Part shown: piece by piece, positions 52,624 to 64,000 of the stretch
Position numbering within the stretch: position 1 is the first letter of the stretch
How the letters are laid out: each line of letters begins with the position of its first letter
Source: Styela clava
Lineage: Eukaryota
Direction of reading: 5' to 3'
NCBI RefSeq assembly: GCF_964204865.1
Contig: NC_135252.1
Span: forward strand, 16,182,001-16,246,000
DNA length: 64,000 nucleotides
Program-made: the position numbers and the translations under genes
Notes under the pieces: generated by a model
The model's database searches: none
What the model was told of the DNA's origin: nothing
What the model saw: the letters and a program-made list of their open reading frames with translations, nothing else

Positions 52624-53257
52624 ATTGAAATTGCAAGATGATCCGTTGGACACAAAATGGCGTCCGATACCCGCAGAACGTTTAGTGACGTCATAGCAAA
52701 CAAAAACAAATCTTACAGAGCTAACAGAAATATTTGAAATAAATAAAAGTAATAGCCTTCTGGAGAAAAATTTCATCTTCAACCACTGAAAATTTCAAAG
52801 CAATTAGTCCAGTAATCAAAGAGAAAAGCGACTTTTTAAAAACGTGTCAAAGAACAAGAATAAGAACAACAACAACAACATAATATTGAAACGATCGTTA
52901 TGTCCACTACGTGTCCAAAAATACAACACTAAATGAACTGCAACGGCATCGCACGCAAACAGCAACAGCGTTCCAACATCAGCTCACTGTCCAGCACAAA
53001 AACATCCAACAATCACAATCCAACAATCACAAAACCACCAACAAATATCCCCGATAACCGGAGACCAGAGGCACTCCCACAGACACAAAACACCCGAAAT
53101 CCAACCGAAAACAACTACACTGTACGGTACCAACCACAGCTCACGCTAACAGGTCACACCAACGACTGGGTCACACCCCGAAGACATACCGACAGTGTCA
53201 CAGCGCCCCCAGTGTCTTCAATGCCAAAATACCAAATATAGAAACAATATCACATGA

Positions 53258-53946
53258 CATCATTTAACAGATAAAACAAGGGTCGTCACATCTCCATATC
53301 AATACCTGAAGTAAAAGCATATTATTTGAGATTAAATTACAGACAAGAATGAACTGAAACTTAACTGAATAACATATTTTGACAGATTGTGAATAAAGTG
53401 ATCGTACAGAGAACTAGATCTCGTATCAAATGCAACCGCTCAATAACTAATGATTGGTGAACATTTGCGATAAGTTTGCGATTTGTTTAAGTAAAACGAT
53501 TATACTCGCTGCAATCATGCTGGGAAATTGGACTTTCTCGAATACTTTCCAAAAGTTGTAGAATGTCATTAGACAGGACATACTTTTTTTTGCTGTGCAA
53601 TTTTCCATCAATGTGATAAACACATTTTTATTATTGATAAGATCCTATTCATTTGACCAGGAATCTTTAAACGGAAGAATAAATGCATACTTAGGTTACT
53701 ATGTGTGGTAAATCATTTCTAGAAAACACAAATTGCGATTGGTGTTTATGCTAATAAAAAGTACAGTTGTACATATTGTTTCTTGTTCAGATCTATGATG
53801 TCGTCGAACATATGTTGCAGTATTGTCACTATTATCATACGTCACAGTAAATGGTACGCCGCGAAACTGAATTTTTAAGGTTTTAAGCTTCCCGTTTTTT
53901 TGAAGATTAATTTGTCGTTGGATTTTACTCAACTTTGAGAAAACTT
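53258..53946 (+). repeat. 689-bp segment almost identical to 58443-59131; older relatives at about 29560-30240, 40750-41100 and 61110-61990
   Basis: One mismatch noticed between the two recent copies; diverged copies share gcatattatttg.gattaaattacagac and gattggtgaacatttgcgataag. Confidence 0.88.
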
Positions 53947-54096
53947 TTCGAAATTCCAAAAGTTGTGGATCTGCAGTTAAATAGTCCAATAGCTTTCCAA
54001 TAGCCCAATTGGCAAATAAGAGAGACCAAAATTCCATTGTCTAAGTGGAAATATAGAGCGTACGCACATTGGAATCACTAGTTCTTCGTGATTCCA

Positions 54097-54637
54097 GGAT
54101 CGTGATTCTTTGGAAAACTGGCCTACCTGAAAAGCGAGGTTAGGTCTGTTTTTAAAACTTATTTAACTTTCTTTATTTCTTTCATTATTCTTTTAGAATT
54201 TTGTCATATTACCGATATTATCTGTATATAAATAGGACAACGACTCGTTTCAAGAATTTTTGGAGAATGCGAAGGATGAATTCAAAGACGAATTGTCGGA
54301 TGACGACATGAACAAACTGGTTTCTGCATTAAATTCAGTCTCTGGAATGAATCTGGGTAAAATGTGATATAAACAAGGAGTAGATGCTTTGATACATCTT
54401 GTAGTTGAAACTAGCACTTGTTTATTTTCAATATTTTGATATTTGTATCGTTTTCACTATTCTTATACAATGAATTAAAACGGCCATCACGAGACAATAT
54501 TTCAATATTATATGAATTATTAAGCATAAATAAATAAATAAATGAAAAACATTGATGTAGAAGTCAATGAAAGCTTATAGAAAGCTACTGATCAAATCCG
54601 GGAGGAGGTACTCAAGAGAACCGTAATGATGCGATAA
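54097..54637 (+). pseudogene. Prepropeptide copy L (3' part of exon 2, exon 3, damaged exon 4)
   Basis: Exon 3 (54236-54356) open; exon 2 truncated and frameshifted; exon 4 lacks its acceptor and has an in-frame TAG before ...RTVMMR*. Confidence 0.85.
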
Positions 54638-55182
54638 ATGAGTTCCGAATGCTGCTCTACAAATTTATTTACCAAGATAAAGTTTTCACAACAGCACTTG
54701 TTAAAATACGCCATAGATTATCTATATCCAAAAATGGGAAAAAAGCAAAACGACAAAGAAAAAGTTCTTTAAAATGATTAACATCTGTTCTCGACAACCT
54801 CAATATGGCGGCTGACCGATATAGTATCTCTATTCCTACAAAACAATGCATTCAAACGCCTTTATTCGCATTTGAATGCAGTTTAACTTGAGCTACCAAT
54901 GGGTTTTGATGCATGATATTATTTTTCGTGTCTACAAAATAACATTTTTTTTATTAGTATTTGAGCTTCACACCCGCCTTTTTACTCGCTTAACTTATAC
55001 ACAAGAAACATATGCTTCTCCTTCAGACGACACCATTGTTACACAACAATGGCAATTCCCATACAGGCATTGAGATATAAAGTCACACAACAATGATCAT
55101 TTTCTACAACCTTGCATAAAATTAGCTATTTTTTTATGTTGAAGAAGTGTCGAAATTGCCGTCGGATCTTATTACATCTGAC

Positions 55183-55515
55183 TTAGAAATAAGGGAAACA
55201 ATATTGATTGACTCGATCAAATACTGAATTATCAGATTTTGATTCAGATTTTCCTACATACACAACTTCCTTTCCTCCCGTTTTTTCCTCAATTTGCAAC
55301 TCATAAATTCCATCATTCCCAGCAAAACAATCTAACTGTTCCATGTCGCTTTTTCTCCGACAATATCCATTACCACTCCTTCCTTTGTACAAGCCGTTTC
55401 CGTTCTTTCTTTTACACCACTTCATAGTAGTATAGAATTCAGACCATTTTCCTTCCCATTATTCAAAAAGATCTGAATTACTTGCCTCATTTCTTTTGAT
55501 TTTCGGAGGAGCTAT
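55183..55515 (-). pseudogene. GIY-YIG paralog pseudogene (exon 1), convergent with copy L
   Basis: IAPPKIKRNEASNSDLFE*WEGKWSEFYTTMK...DGIYELQIEEKTGGKEVVYVGKSESKSDNSVFDRVNQYCFPYF*; internal stop, truncated after QYC, no exon 2 found. Confidence 0.82.
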
Positions 55516-57620
55516 GGTATAACCAACAAATTTACGAAATCGAAACTATAAATCGTAACACGGATGAGCTAGCGTAGAAGTTTAGTTGGACTGAAGGTCA
55601 ACAACAAATTTTATGAAATAAATAACGTGGCGTAGCTTCATTCTCGATAAATGTCTCGCAGTTGGGGTTTTATAGGCCATAGGGGATATCCCCGGGTGTA
55701 CAGAACCCCATTTTGCTGGAATATTAAATAGAATATAGACGCGATATAGTACTTACTCCAATATTTAATACAGTGATTCCCAACCTTTTCAGGCGGCCAA
55801 AATTTAAAAACAAAGTTTTGTAATATTTCGAGAGCCAAAGATATTCTCAAGTACTAGGCGGTATGTAATGCTCATGCTAAAATTGTCAGATAATTAACCG
55901 ACTGATAACAGAAGTGCAGTCGTGTTCTACGCACATGTGTAATTACTATTGAGCAACACTGAATACCAAATATAAAATGAAAAATGGAATTTACTAAAAA
56001 AATGAGTGACTTTTTGGTTTTTGTTGAACAAGTCACCCAGTGTGACCCAGTGTAGTAGAGTGTTCGATCTGTAGATAATTCGTCTTTCGTAAAATATAGA
56101 TTTGAATGAAATTTGTCAAAATCCTTTTAATGCATGATGTTTTTTTTTTATTTAAAATCCATTTACTTTACTGAATATAAATGTTTGTTTAATGCCTCAT
56201 TATAACGCTCTGATTCTGGAACGCTCCATTCATTGATATACAATTACTTTGTTTAGAAAGTAAGTGAGATCGGAATGGCCAATTCATACCGCACTGTCTG
56301 CAACCTTTTGAACTCAGCGTGCAATTTTATGAATAATGAGCACCTTCGCGTGCCAAACATTTTTAGGTTTTGGTTTGCATAGTCAACTACCTGATTTGAA
56401 TAGTAAACGGATGAAAAACAAAGTAATTTTATAGGATCGTGCATGGAAATTAGCTTACTACTATCAAAATCGGAAATTTCCATTTCATTCTGAAACAGTC
56501 GCCGCGATTACGCGTTTATAAAAATGAGCAGACTTTTTCCGGGTATACCGTAAAATATTCAATTCAGGACAGCTACGGGAATCTATGAAATTTTCTTCTA
56601 TATTGATATAATTGTGTCCAACGTAACTCGCGGTTCCGTCTTCTTGTGTCAAAATATAAACATTACTTGTCTAAAATACCGCTCAATCTGTTGGCGTATA
56701 AAAATATGAGATAGACATGCGTGATTGTATTTAGCGTGGATACTTTTTCGCGATCTTACGGGTTCGTTATCGCCGTTAGAAAAATCTCAAGATCTTTAAT
56801 AAAAATATCGTAGAGTACAATTAAATACATATGAAGTATATATATCAGTAAATCAAAAATACGTATTTATCGCCTCAATATTCTCCGCGGAACGACTTTT
56901 TCGACGGATAATAATTATTTTTCTGCTGTGTGAAGTAATCAATCCATGACCGATACGGCCATATGTAAAATGTCTTGCTTTATTATAATTTAATTGTCTT
57001 CAATTTAACCCGCGTTTTCGTCGACAATATAGATCCGTATTTTTGCCATTTTGCGAATTCGACAAATCTAAGATGTACTTGCAACAATGACTCCGCTCTA
57101 TCGCAATGCTGCCACTCAGATTATTTTTAAAATGAAACCGTTAGAAAAATTCCTAATTCTGCAATAAAATAAAATTTATTTTAGTACATTAAAAATTGAT
57201 TGAATATATATTTATACTAATTACTAATCTCATATATCACCACGACTCGGGAAAAAATAGCGTTTCTAACCTTTAACATGAATCGTATGATATTAACACG
57301 AAAATAGACATACGAAAATGTGCAAGTTACAATGCCTAAAGAAGCATTTTTGATCTGTGGCGGGCCAACTACAACAAATTGTTTAGGGTTTTGTTTTTGA
57401 TATTTAATATTGCCGCTGTTCGACGAAAAAAGCTGCGTCGCCGTTTCACTCCTTTATTTGACTTAAGAAACTCGCCGCCAATTATTGTTCAATAACTCTC
57501 AACATATTCACAATTCTGGACGAGTAAAAAAAGTAAGTAACTATTATCGTTGTCGTTAAATAACTTTTTTGAATCAGGGAGAATAAACAACAACTTAAAA
57601 GTGTTTACAGCCTAACACGC

Positions 57621-59953
57621 CACGCTGACAAAAAACAATCGTGATTTTATCAAAAAGCTGTACGAAAAGTTGCCCGAAAGTATGAATTGATAATATAATA
57701 TTCAATATTTCACGATTTTTGAATGGTAAAAAGTAACCCAACAGTAGTATGAAAAGTTGCAAGTAGTTAAACGAGTAGTTTTAAGTAGCGAAGCTTTTCC
57801 GAAAGTAGCCAAATCTGGCACCGCTGCACAGCACATGCTTATCTACACTGATTTCACGTACAGATTCGAGCTCTGATCCTAGTTTTTCCGAAAGAAGCGA
57901 AATGTGACAACAACGTACCGCACATACCTAATTACACTGGTTTCCCGTACAGACTCCGGCCTCTCGTCGATCGCAGTTAAATATTGCATGTTTTTCAATG
58001 AATTTGTCGAATTGTTAATTTTTGTTCAAATGTAGAATGTTTAGCGAACTACTAAAATAAATATCTGAATCTGCCTCAAATCACTTGGCGTGCCATCAGA
58101 AATCCTCTCGCGTGCCACAATTGGCACGCGTGCCAGGGGTTGCTGAGCCCTGGTCTAGTGTATACATATCGCCAGGCCAATACCCGAATTGCCTAAGTCA
58201 TTTTTGGCGGTTTTGAGTTTTTTTATAAAATAGGTATTTATGTAATGTCTGTTAACTCAGATTTTATTTTAAGAATTTCGAAACCCATAAAAAAGGAGAT
58301 TTTGTATGACATGCACACTTGTGCAATTGTTTCGCCATAAGGAGTTATCATTGTGATCGCCAGACTATTGTGATATCACAAAGGAAAAATAACCTCGGCG
58401 AAGTATTTTCGAGTTTTTGCATCTCAGATCCCAGCTTAGCCCCATCATTTAACAGATAAAACAAGGGTCGTCACATCTCCATATCAATACCTGAAGTAAA
58501 AGCATATTATTTGAGATTAAATTACAGACAAGAATGAACTGAAACTTAACTGAATAACATATTTTGACAGATTGTGAATAAAGTGATCGTACAGAGAACT
58601 AGATCTCGTATCAAATGCAACCGCTCAATAACTAATGATTGGTGAACATTTGCGATAAGTTTGCGATTTGTTTAAGTAAAACGATTATACTCGCTGCAAT
58701 CATGCTGGGAAATTGGACTTTCTCGAATACTTTCCAAAAGTTGTAGAATGTCATTAGACAGGACATACTTTTTTTTGCTGTGCAATTTTCCATCAATGTG
58801 ATAAACACATTTTTATTATTGATAAGATCCTGTTCATTTGACCAGGAATCTTTAAACGGAAGAATAAATGCATACTTAGGTTACTATGTGTGGTAAATCA
58901 TTTCTAGAAAACACAAATTGCGATTGGTGTTTATGCTAATAAAAAGTACAGTTGTACATATTGTTTCTTGTTCAGATCTATGATGTCGTCGAACATATGT
59001 TGCAGTATTGTCACTATTATCATACGTCACAGTAAATGGTACGCCGCGAAACTGAATTTTTAAGGTTTTAAGCTTCCCGTTTTTTTGAAGATTAATTTGT
59101 CGTTGGATTTTACTCAACTTTGAGAAAACTTCACGCTGACAAAAAACAATCGTGATTTTATCAAAAAGCTGTACGAAAAGTTGCCCGAAAGTATGAATTG
59201 ATAATATAATATTCAATATTTCACGATTTTTGAATGGTAAAAAGTAACCCAACAGTAGTATGAAAAGTTGCAAGTAGTTAAACGAGTAGTTTTAAGTAGC
59301 GAAGCTTTTCCGAAAGTAGCCAAATCTGGCACCGCTGCACAGCACATGCTTATCTACACTGATTTCACGTACAGATTCGAGCTCTGATCCTAGTTTTTCC
59401 GAAAGAAGCGAAATGTGACAACAACGTACCGCACATACCTAATTACACTGGTTTCCCGTACAGACTCCGGCCTCTCGTCGATCGCAGTTAAATATTGCAT
59501 GTTTTTCAATGAATTTGTCGAATTGTTAATTTTTGTTCAAATGTAGAATGTTTAGCGAACTACTAAAATAAATATCTGAATCTGCCTCAAATCACTTGGC
59601 GTGCCATCAGAAATCCTCTCGCGTGCCACAATTGGCACGCGTGCCAGGGGTTGCTGAGCCCTGGTCTAGTGTATACATATCGCCAGGCCAATACCCGAAT
59701 TGCCTAAGTCATTTTTGGCGGTTTTGAGTTTTTTTATAAAATAGGTATTTATGTAATGTCTGTTAACTCAGATTTTATTTTAAGAATTTCGAAACCCATA
59801 AAAAAGGAGATTTTGTATGACATGCACACTTGTGCAATTGTTTCGCCATAAGGAGTTATCATTGTGATCGCCAGACTATTGTGATATCACAAAGGAAAAA
59901 TAACCTCGGCGAAGTATTTTCGAGTTTTTGCATCTCAGATCCCAGCTTAGCCC
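57621..59953 (+). repeat. 822-bp direct duplication (57621-58442 and 59132-59953) flanking a copy of 53258-53946
   Basis: No differences seen between the two 822-bp copies by eye; each contains a hAT-like right end (ggcacgcgtgccaggggttgctgagccctg). Confidence 0.9.
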
Positions 59954-62900
59954 TTATAAATGTGAATTAATACTACAGTATAGGAAGGCGTGCATTTGTG
60001 ATATTCACTGTCTGAGTCCAATTCACCTTAGTTGGCTTCTATAATAGGGTTCATTGCTGTTTTATTCTTTATATTTAATCTTAGTCTTATTTCGGTGGGT
60101 GTGCAGAGCGTGTTATATTGATGAAATATATATTTCTAAACATAAAAAATAATGTAATTAAAAAAGATTAGCTATTTTGGGGATTAGACATCGTAGATAC
60201 TGAGAATTACATGCGTTTTTGGAATGTTTGGTTTTCAGGACTGGTGCATATAGTAGAAGTTGCAAAATTGCGTATGTCCCCAAGTCATAGACACATTTCT
60301 GCCTAAGTCACAGTGCGCCAGTATGACGTCACATAACTGCATCATACAAATTACCTTAAATCCGGCTACGATCAAAAAATTGACCATGGCAAATTTTTTG
60401 ACTCTCAGCGGCATAACAATATCACTAGGAAGTTTTTTACGTTTTTCTCAAAACTGCTAAAAATGACTTACGCGATTCGGTTATTAGCGTGACGATATTT
60501 AGTTAGTACACAATAACAACAATTGCATTTTTCTCACAATAAGATGCGGAGAACTCTATAACGGGGCACCGGTTTAAAGTTTAGCGTTTGGACACTGGGC
60601 CTACCTACTTAGGCAATAGGCAAAATTTCCAAAAGTCAAGTTATAATGGTGTTGTTTTGAACCAAGTTGTTATCAGCCTGTGTGTACATAACTGTCTTGC
60701 TGCGCCAATTGCACTAGATCAGAATAGGCACAGTTGGGTGACCATTTTCATAATTTTTTTGTGGTTTGATGGTTTACTAACACGTTAACTGTTAACGGAA
60801 GGGCCCCTTTGGTCTCCAACAATGAAGCTATTTTGTTCATTGTCGTGGTGATACAACGAACTTCAAAACTTTGAAAATACAACAAGCAAATATTCTGAAT
60901 AAAATATTTATTTAAAACTTTCAAAAAAAGTCACAATTACGATAGACAAATTTGAACTGCATGTGGTCAATTGAACAATGCGGCTCGTCCACTTATCTCA
61001 CCGATCATTTTTTGACTTCTTAAAAAGTTTCAAATTAAATGAAAACATGATTTCTTGAATAATGTCTCCCCTGAAGTTGTGAAATTCATTTTTAACGTTC
61101 TTTTGTCTCCATATCGATTTCTAAAGTAAAAGCATATCATTTAGGATTAACTTACAGACAATAATCAACTATACTGAGTTCCGGGATTTCACAATGTGCA
61201 TATTTTTCCAGAATAAAATGATTGTACCGAAAAAGGCAACTTGTATCAAACGCATCCACTTAAGACTAACGATTGGTGAATATTTGCAATAAGGCATATG
61301 TTTAGTTATAACGATTATACTCGCTAAACTTTATGTGTAATCGGCAATTGGGACAGGGAAATTGGAAGTTTCTCCAATACTTTTCGAAAATTTATAGATT
61401 TAAAAAAATGATCAGATCTTATTTAATTGATTCACCAGGAATACATAAACGGAATGTATATTCAAATATACTATACGAAGTAAACTATGTCCACATATAA
61501 ATGTGAGGTAGGTCTGCACGTATGGGGCACTTACCGTTGTTTAAGTCCATGATGTCGTCAAGCAGACGTTGCAGTAATTTGCCCTATTAATATAAGAAAT
61601 GATGTATTTATAAAAATCATGTTACTTTCACCAATATAATGTTGTTTAATGTGTAGATAGATGACTTTAGAGTGGCATAGGCCATAGACACACAAGCATT
61701 TCAAAAAGCAGGCGTAGTGACTCCAAATTGCGATCTACTGCTATGTATTTTTCCGCTTTGAATATTTTGAATAGGTATACCGTACAGTTCCTTACACCGC
61801 ATTCTGAGCGGGAAGTAATCAAGTTCCGGATGAATAGGCTAGAAGGCGAATAACCCAAAACGTCATGACAAATGTTACACCACGGAACTGAATTTCTAAA
61901 GACATTTTAAGAAGAACAGTTCATGGTTCTCAAAGAGATTAATGGGTCGTTGCATTTTACTCGATTTCGAGAAAACAATTTCTAAATTCCGGAAGTCTTA
62001 TCGTGTTATATCCTGTTGTTTAGTGCTTTACAAAACTTTGTTGTCTAGAATTATTGAATGAACAGTTGATATAAAACAAACGTTAGAACTACCTCATCTC
62101 CGTATGCATGAACGGAAACTTTGTTGGATTTGATTTCACTCCTGAAAAAAAAATGAATACACTTTAGTTCAAGTGTCGTTGAATTCAGATTTGAATAATA
62201 TAGACTGGCAATAAAAATCTTCCGTTTAGTTCATCACAGTACTTTATATGAAGTATTAGAGAATAAACTAGTTTTGTGCTTTTTACAACAGCATTACTAT
62301 ACGACGACTTCAAATCGTAAAACATGTCAAAACATGACATTTTATGTCAGATAAGGTCAACTTTATATCTATTGCGAATTCGGGCTCATGTTTTGTATAA
62401 AAAAAAAAAATATTTGTGAGGTTTGAAATGATGTAACCCAGCGGTTTCCAAACTAATTTTGTTCGTGCGGCATCAAGTTACCGGGGGAAATCTCATGTCG
62501 CACCTCCAAATTGAAAACAATTTTGTGATCGTTAATGTGTATTTTATTCTTTTTGAAATTTGCAGGCATGCAGGCCTTAAGAATAAAGGCGATGTCAACA
62601 AAACAATACAACGTCATAACAGTTACACCTATTCATCTAATGTGGGATGTGCGTCTGTTGCTCTAGACACATCTTTTCAAATCGCGGTGTTATAGTTGAT
62701 ATGCACACGCGCATTTTCTCAATATGTGCAAACGTGAATGTTATTTTGTTTTCATTGGCAACACTGATGAAAACTCAGCTTTGCTGAGCTAGGAGGTTGC
62801 AAATGGCAAAAAACACACGCAGATCTCTTTTACACAATATTCTATCATATATGAGTTATGTTTAACACAATTCTGTTTATTTTCGGGGCGCATTTAGCAA

Positions 62901-64000
62901 ATAATGCGCCACGGCGCCTCCCTTTGCGAATATCTAATTTGCAATGCGAACAACGACATTGCATTGCAAATTGTGTCTGGGTAAAAACCGAAGAAAAAAA
63001 AGGATTTACCAAAGTTTCCAGTACAAGGCTTGAAGCTTTGTCGACTCGGTCCTAATTCTGACTCCCAGATTGTAGAATGGTCTCAGTTGCGAAAGAAGTC
63101 TTGCTGTGGTAATTTTATAACTACTTCCTTCTTGAACAAAAGCTACAGCAAGCATCACAACCAGAATTGGTATTTTGAATTTCATTTTGAATCTGAAATG
63201 AGAATGGGTTTAGATTGTTTGTGGTTAAACAAAATTCCTAAATTCAAAAGGCTAGTTTTGTTAAATTGTGATATACATTGATGTAGAACAATCTGATATA
63301 TATTTCAACTTTATAGTGTATACATATGAGGTAAAAACTTGAAATTCTAAAATATATACTAACATAAAACAAAAACTAATAAATTTGCCCCGTCTTATGT
63401 ATGAACTTTCTGAAACAAACGTTTTTTTATTAATTCGGGGTCCTGATTGTTTGCGAACTCATTAAAACAATCGTGGTATTAATGATTTTGTACGTTAAAT
63501 ATATATTATGTTATCGCGGCAATGTCATAAATAAATGCAACTTGAAGTTTTTAGTTTCGTGAAATGACAAATTTAAAGAAAGCTTTTAGTTTCAATTTTA
63601 ACGGGAATCATGGAACAAAAAATGAACTTAATTCAAAAATGATAAAGTTGAATAAATATTCCTACCTTACCAACTCCAACAAGTGCTCTGCCAAACAATG
63701 ACAAGGCTTGAATCCAACATTTCATCACGGACGTTATTATTTAAGCAAAGTCGTATGACCTTAATTGCGGAAATACATACTTCATCCATATGGCTTGGTA
63801 ATGTACATGGATATGTGAGTATACTCTTGGAAATTTGGAGCAAATATTGCTTTTACTAGAATTTTTGAGTATTGAATGAAAGCGATAAAAAGCTGTCTAT
63901 GGGATTATAAGTTATTACTTGAATTTTTCAGTTTTTAAAACAGTCCATGTTTAAATTTCTTTGTCATCGAATCGATTTTAACAGCTGATATGAAAATATA

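Noticed and set aside
52933-53241. 102-aa Thr/Pro/Asn-rich ORF
   Set aside because: C/A-biased low-complexity sequence between repeats; no domain evidence.
55771-58152. One large hAT element from cagtgattcccaacc to ggttgctgagccctg
   Set aside because: Termini match poorly and flanks (atttaata vs gtctagtg) are not a TSD; probably ends of separate elements.
1-64000. CRISPR arrays, rRNA, tRNA or prokaryotic operons
   Set aside because: None seen; repeats are gene-sized duplications and the sequence has spliceosomal introns.

Overview
AT-rich eukaryotic DNA with short GT-AG introns; probably an ascidian (Styela-like, inferred from precursor similarity only). The ORF track misses the main content because the genes are spliced. 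(1) A birth-and-death tandem cluster of at least 12 copies of a secreted prepropeptide gene built as 22-aa signal / very cationic 28-34-aa core / acidic C-terminal propiece ending AMMR, the layout of styelin-type tunicate antimicrobial peptides. Copies B, C, E, F and J are intact, G is frameshifted late in the propiece, A is a divergent intact copy whose core has shrunk to WLKW, and D, H, I, K and L are pseudogene fragments (D, H, I inverted). (2) An intact 2-exon, 153-aa GIY-YIG nuclease-like gene (38733-39562, minus) lies tail-to-tail with copy J. Decayed copies of it sit in the same position behind six other peptide copies, so the duplicated unit was a peptide+nuclease cassette. (3) A young full-length BEL/Pao LTR retrotransposon (43447-51508) with a frameshifting deletion in RNase H. 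(4) Buster/hAT elements, Helentron-type non-autonomous elements, a solo LTR, inversions and recent segmental duplications. All translations were done by hand; no database searches were run.
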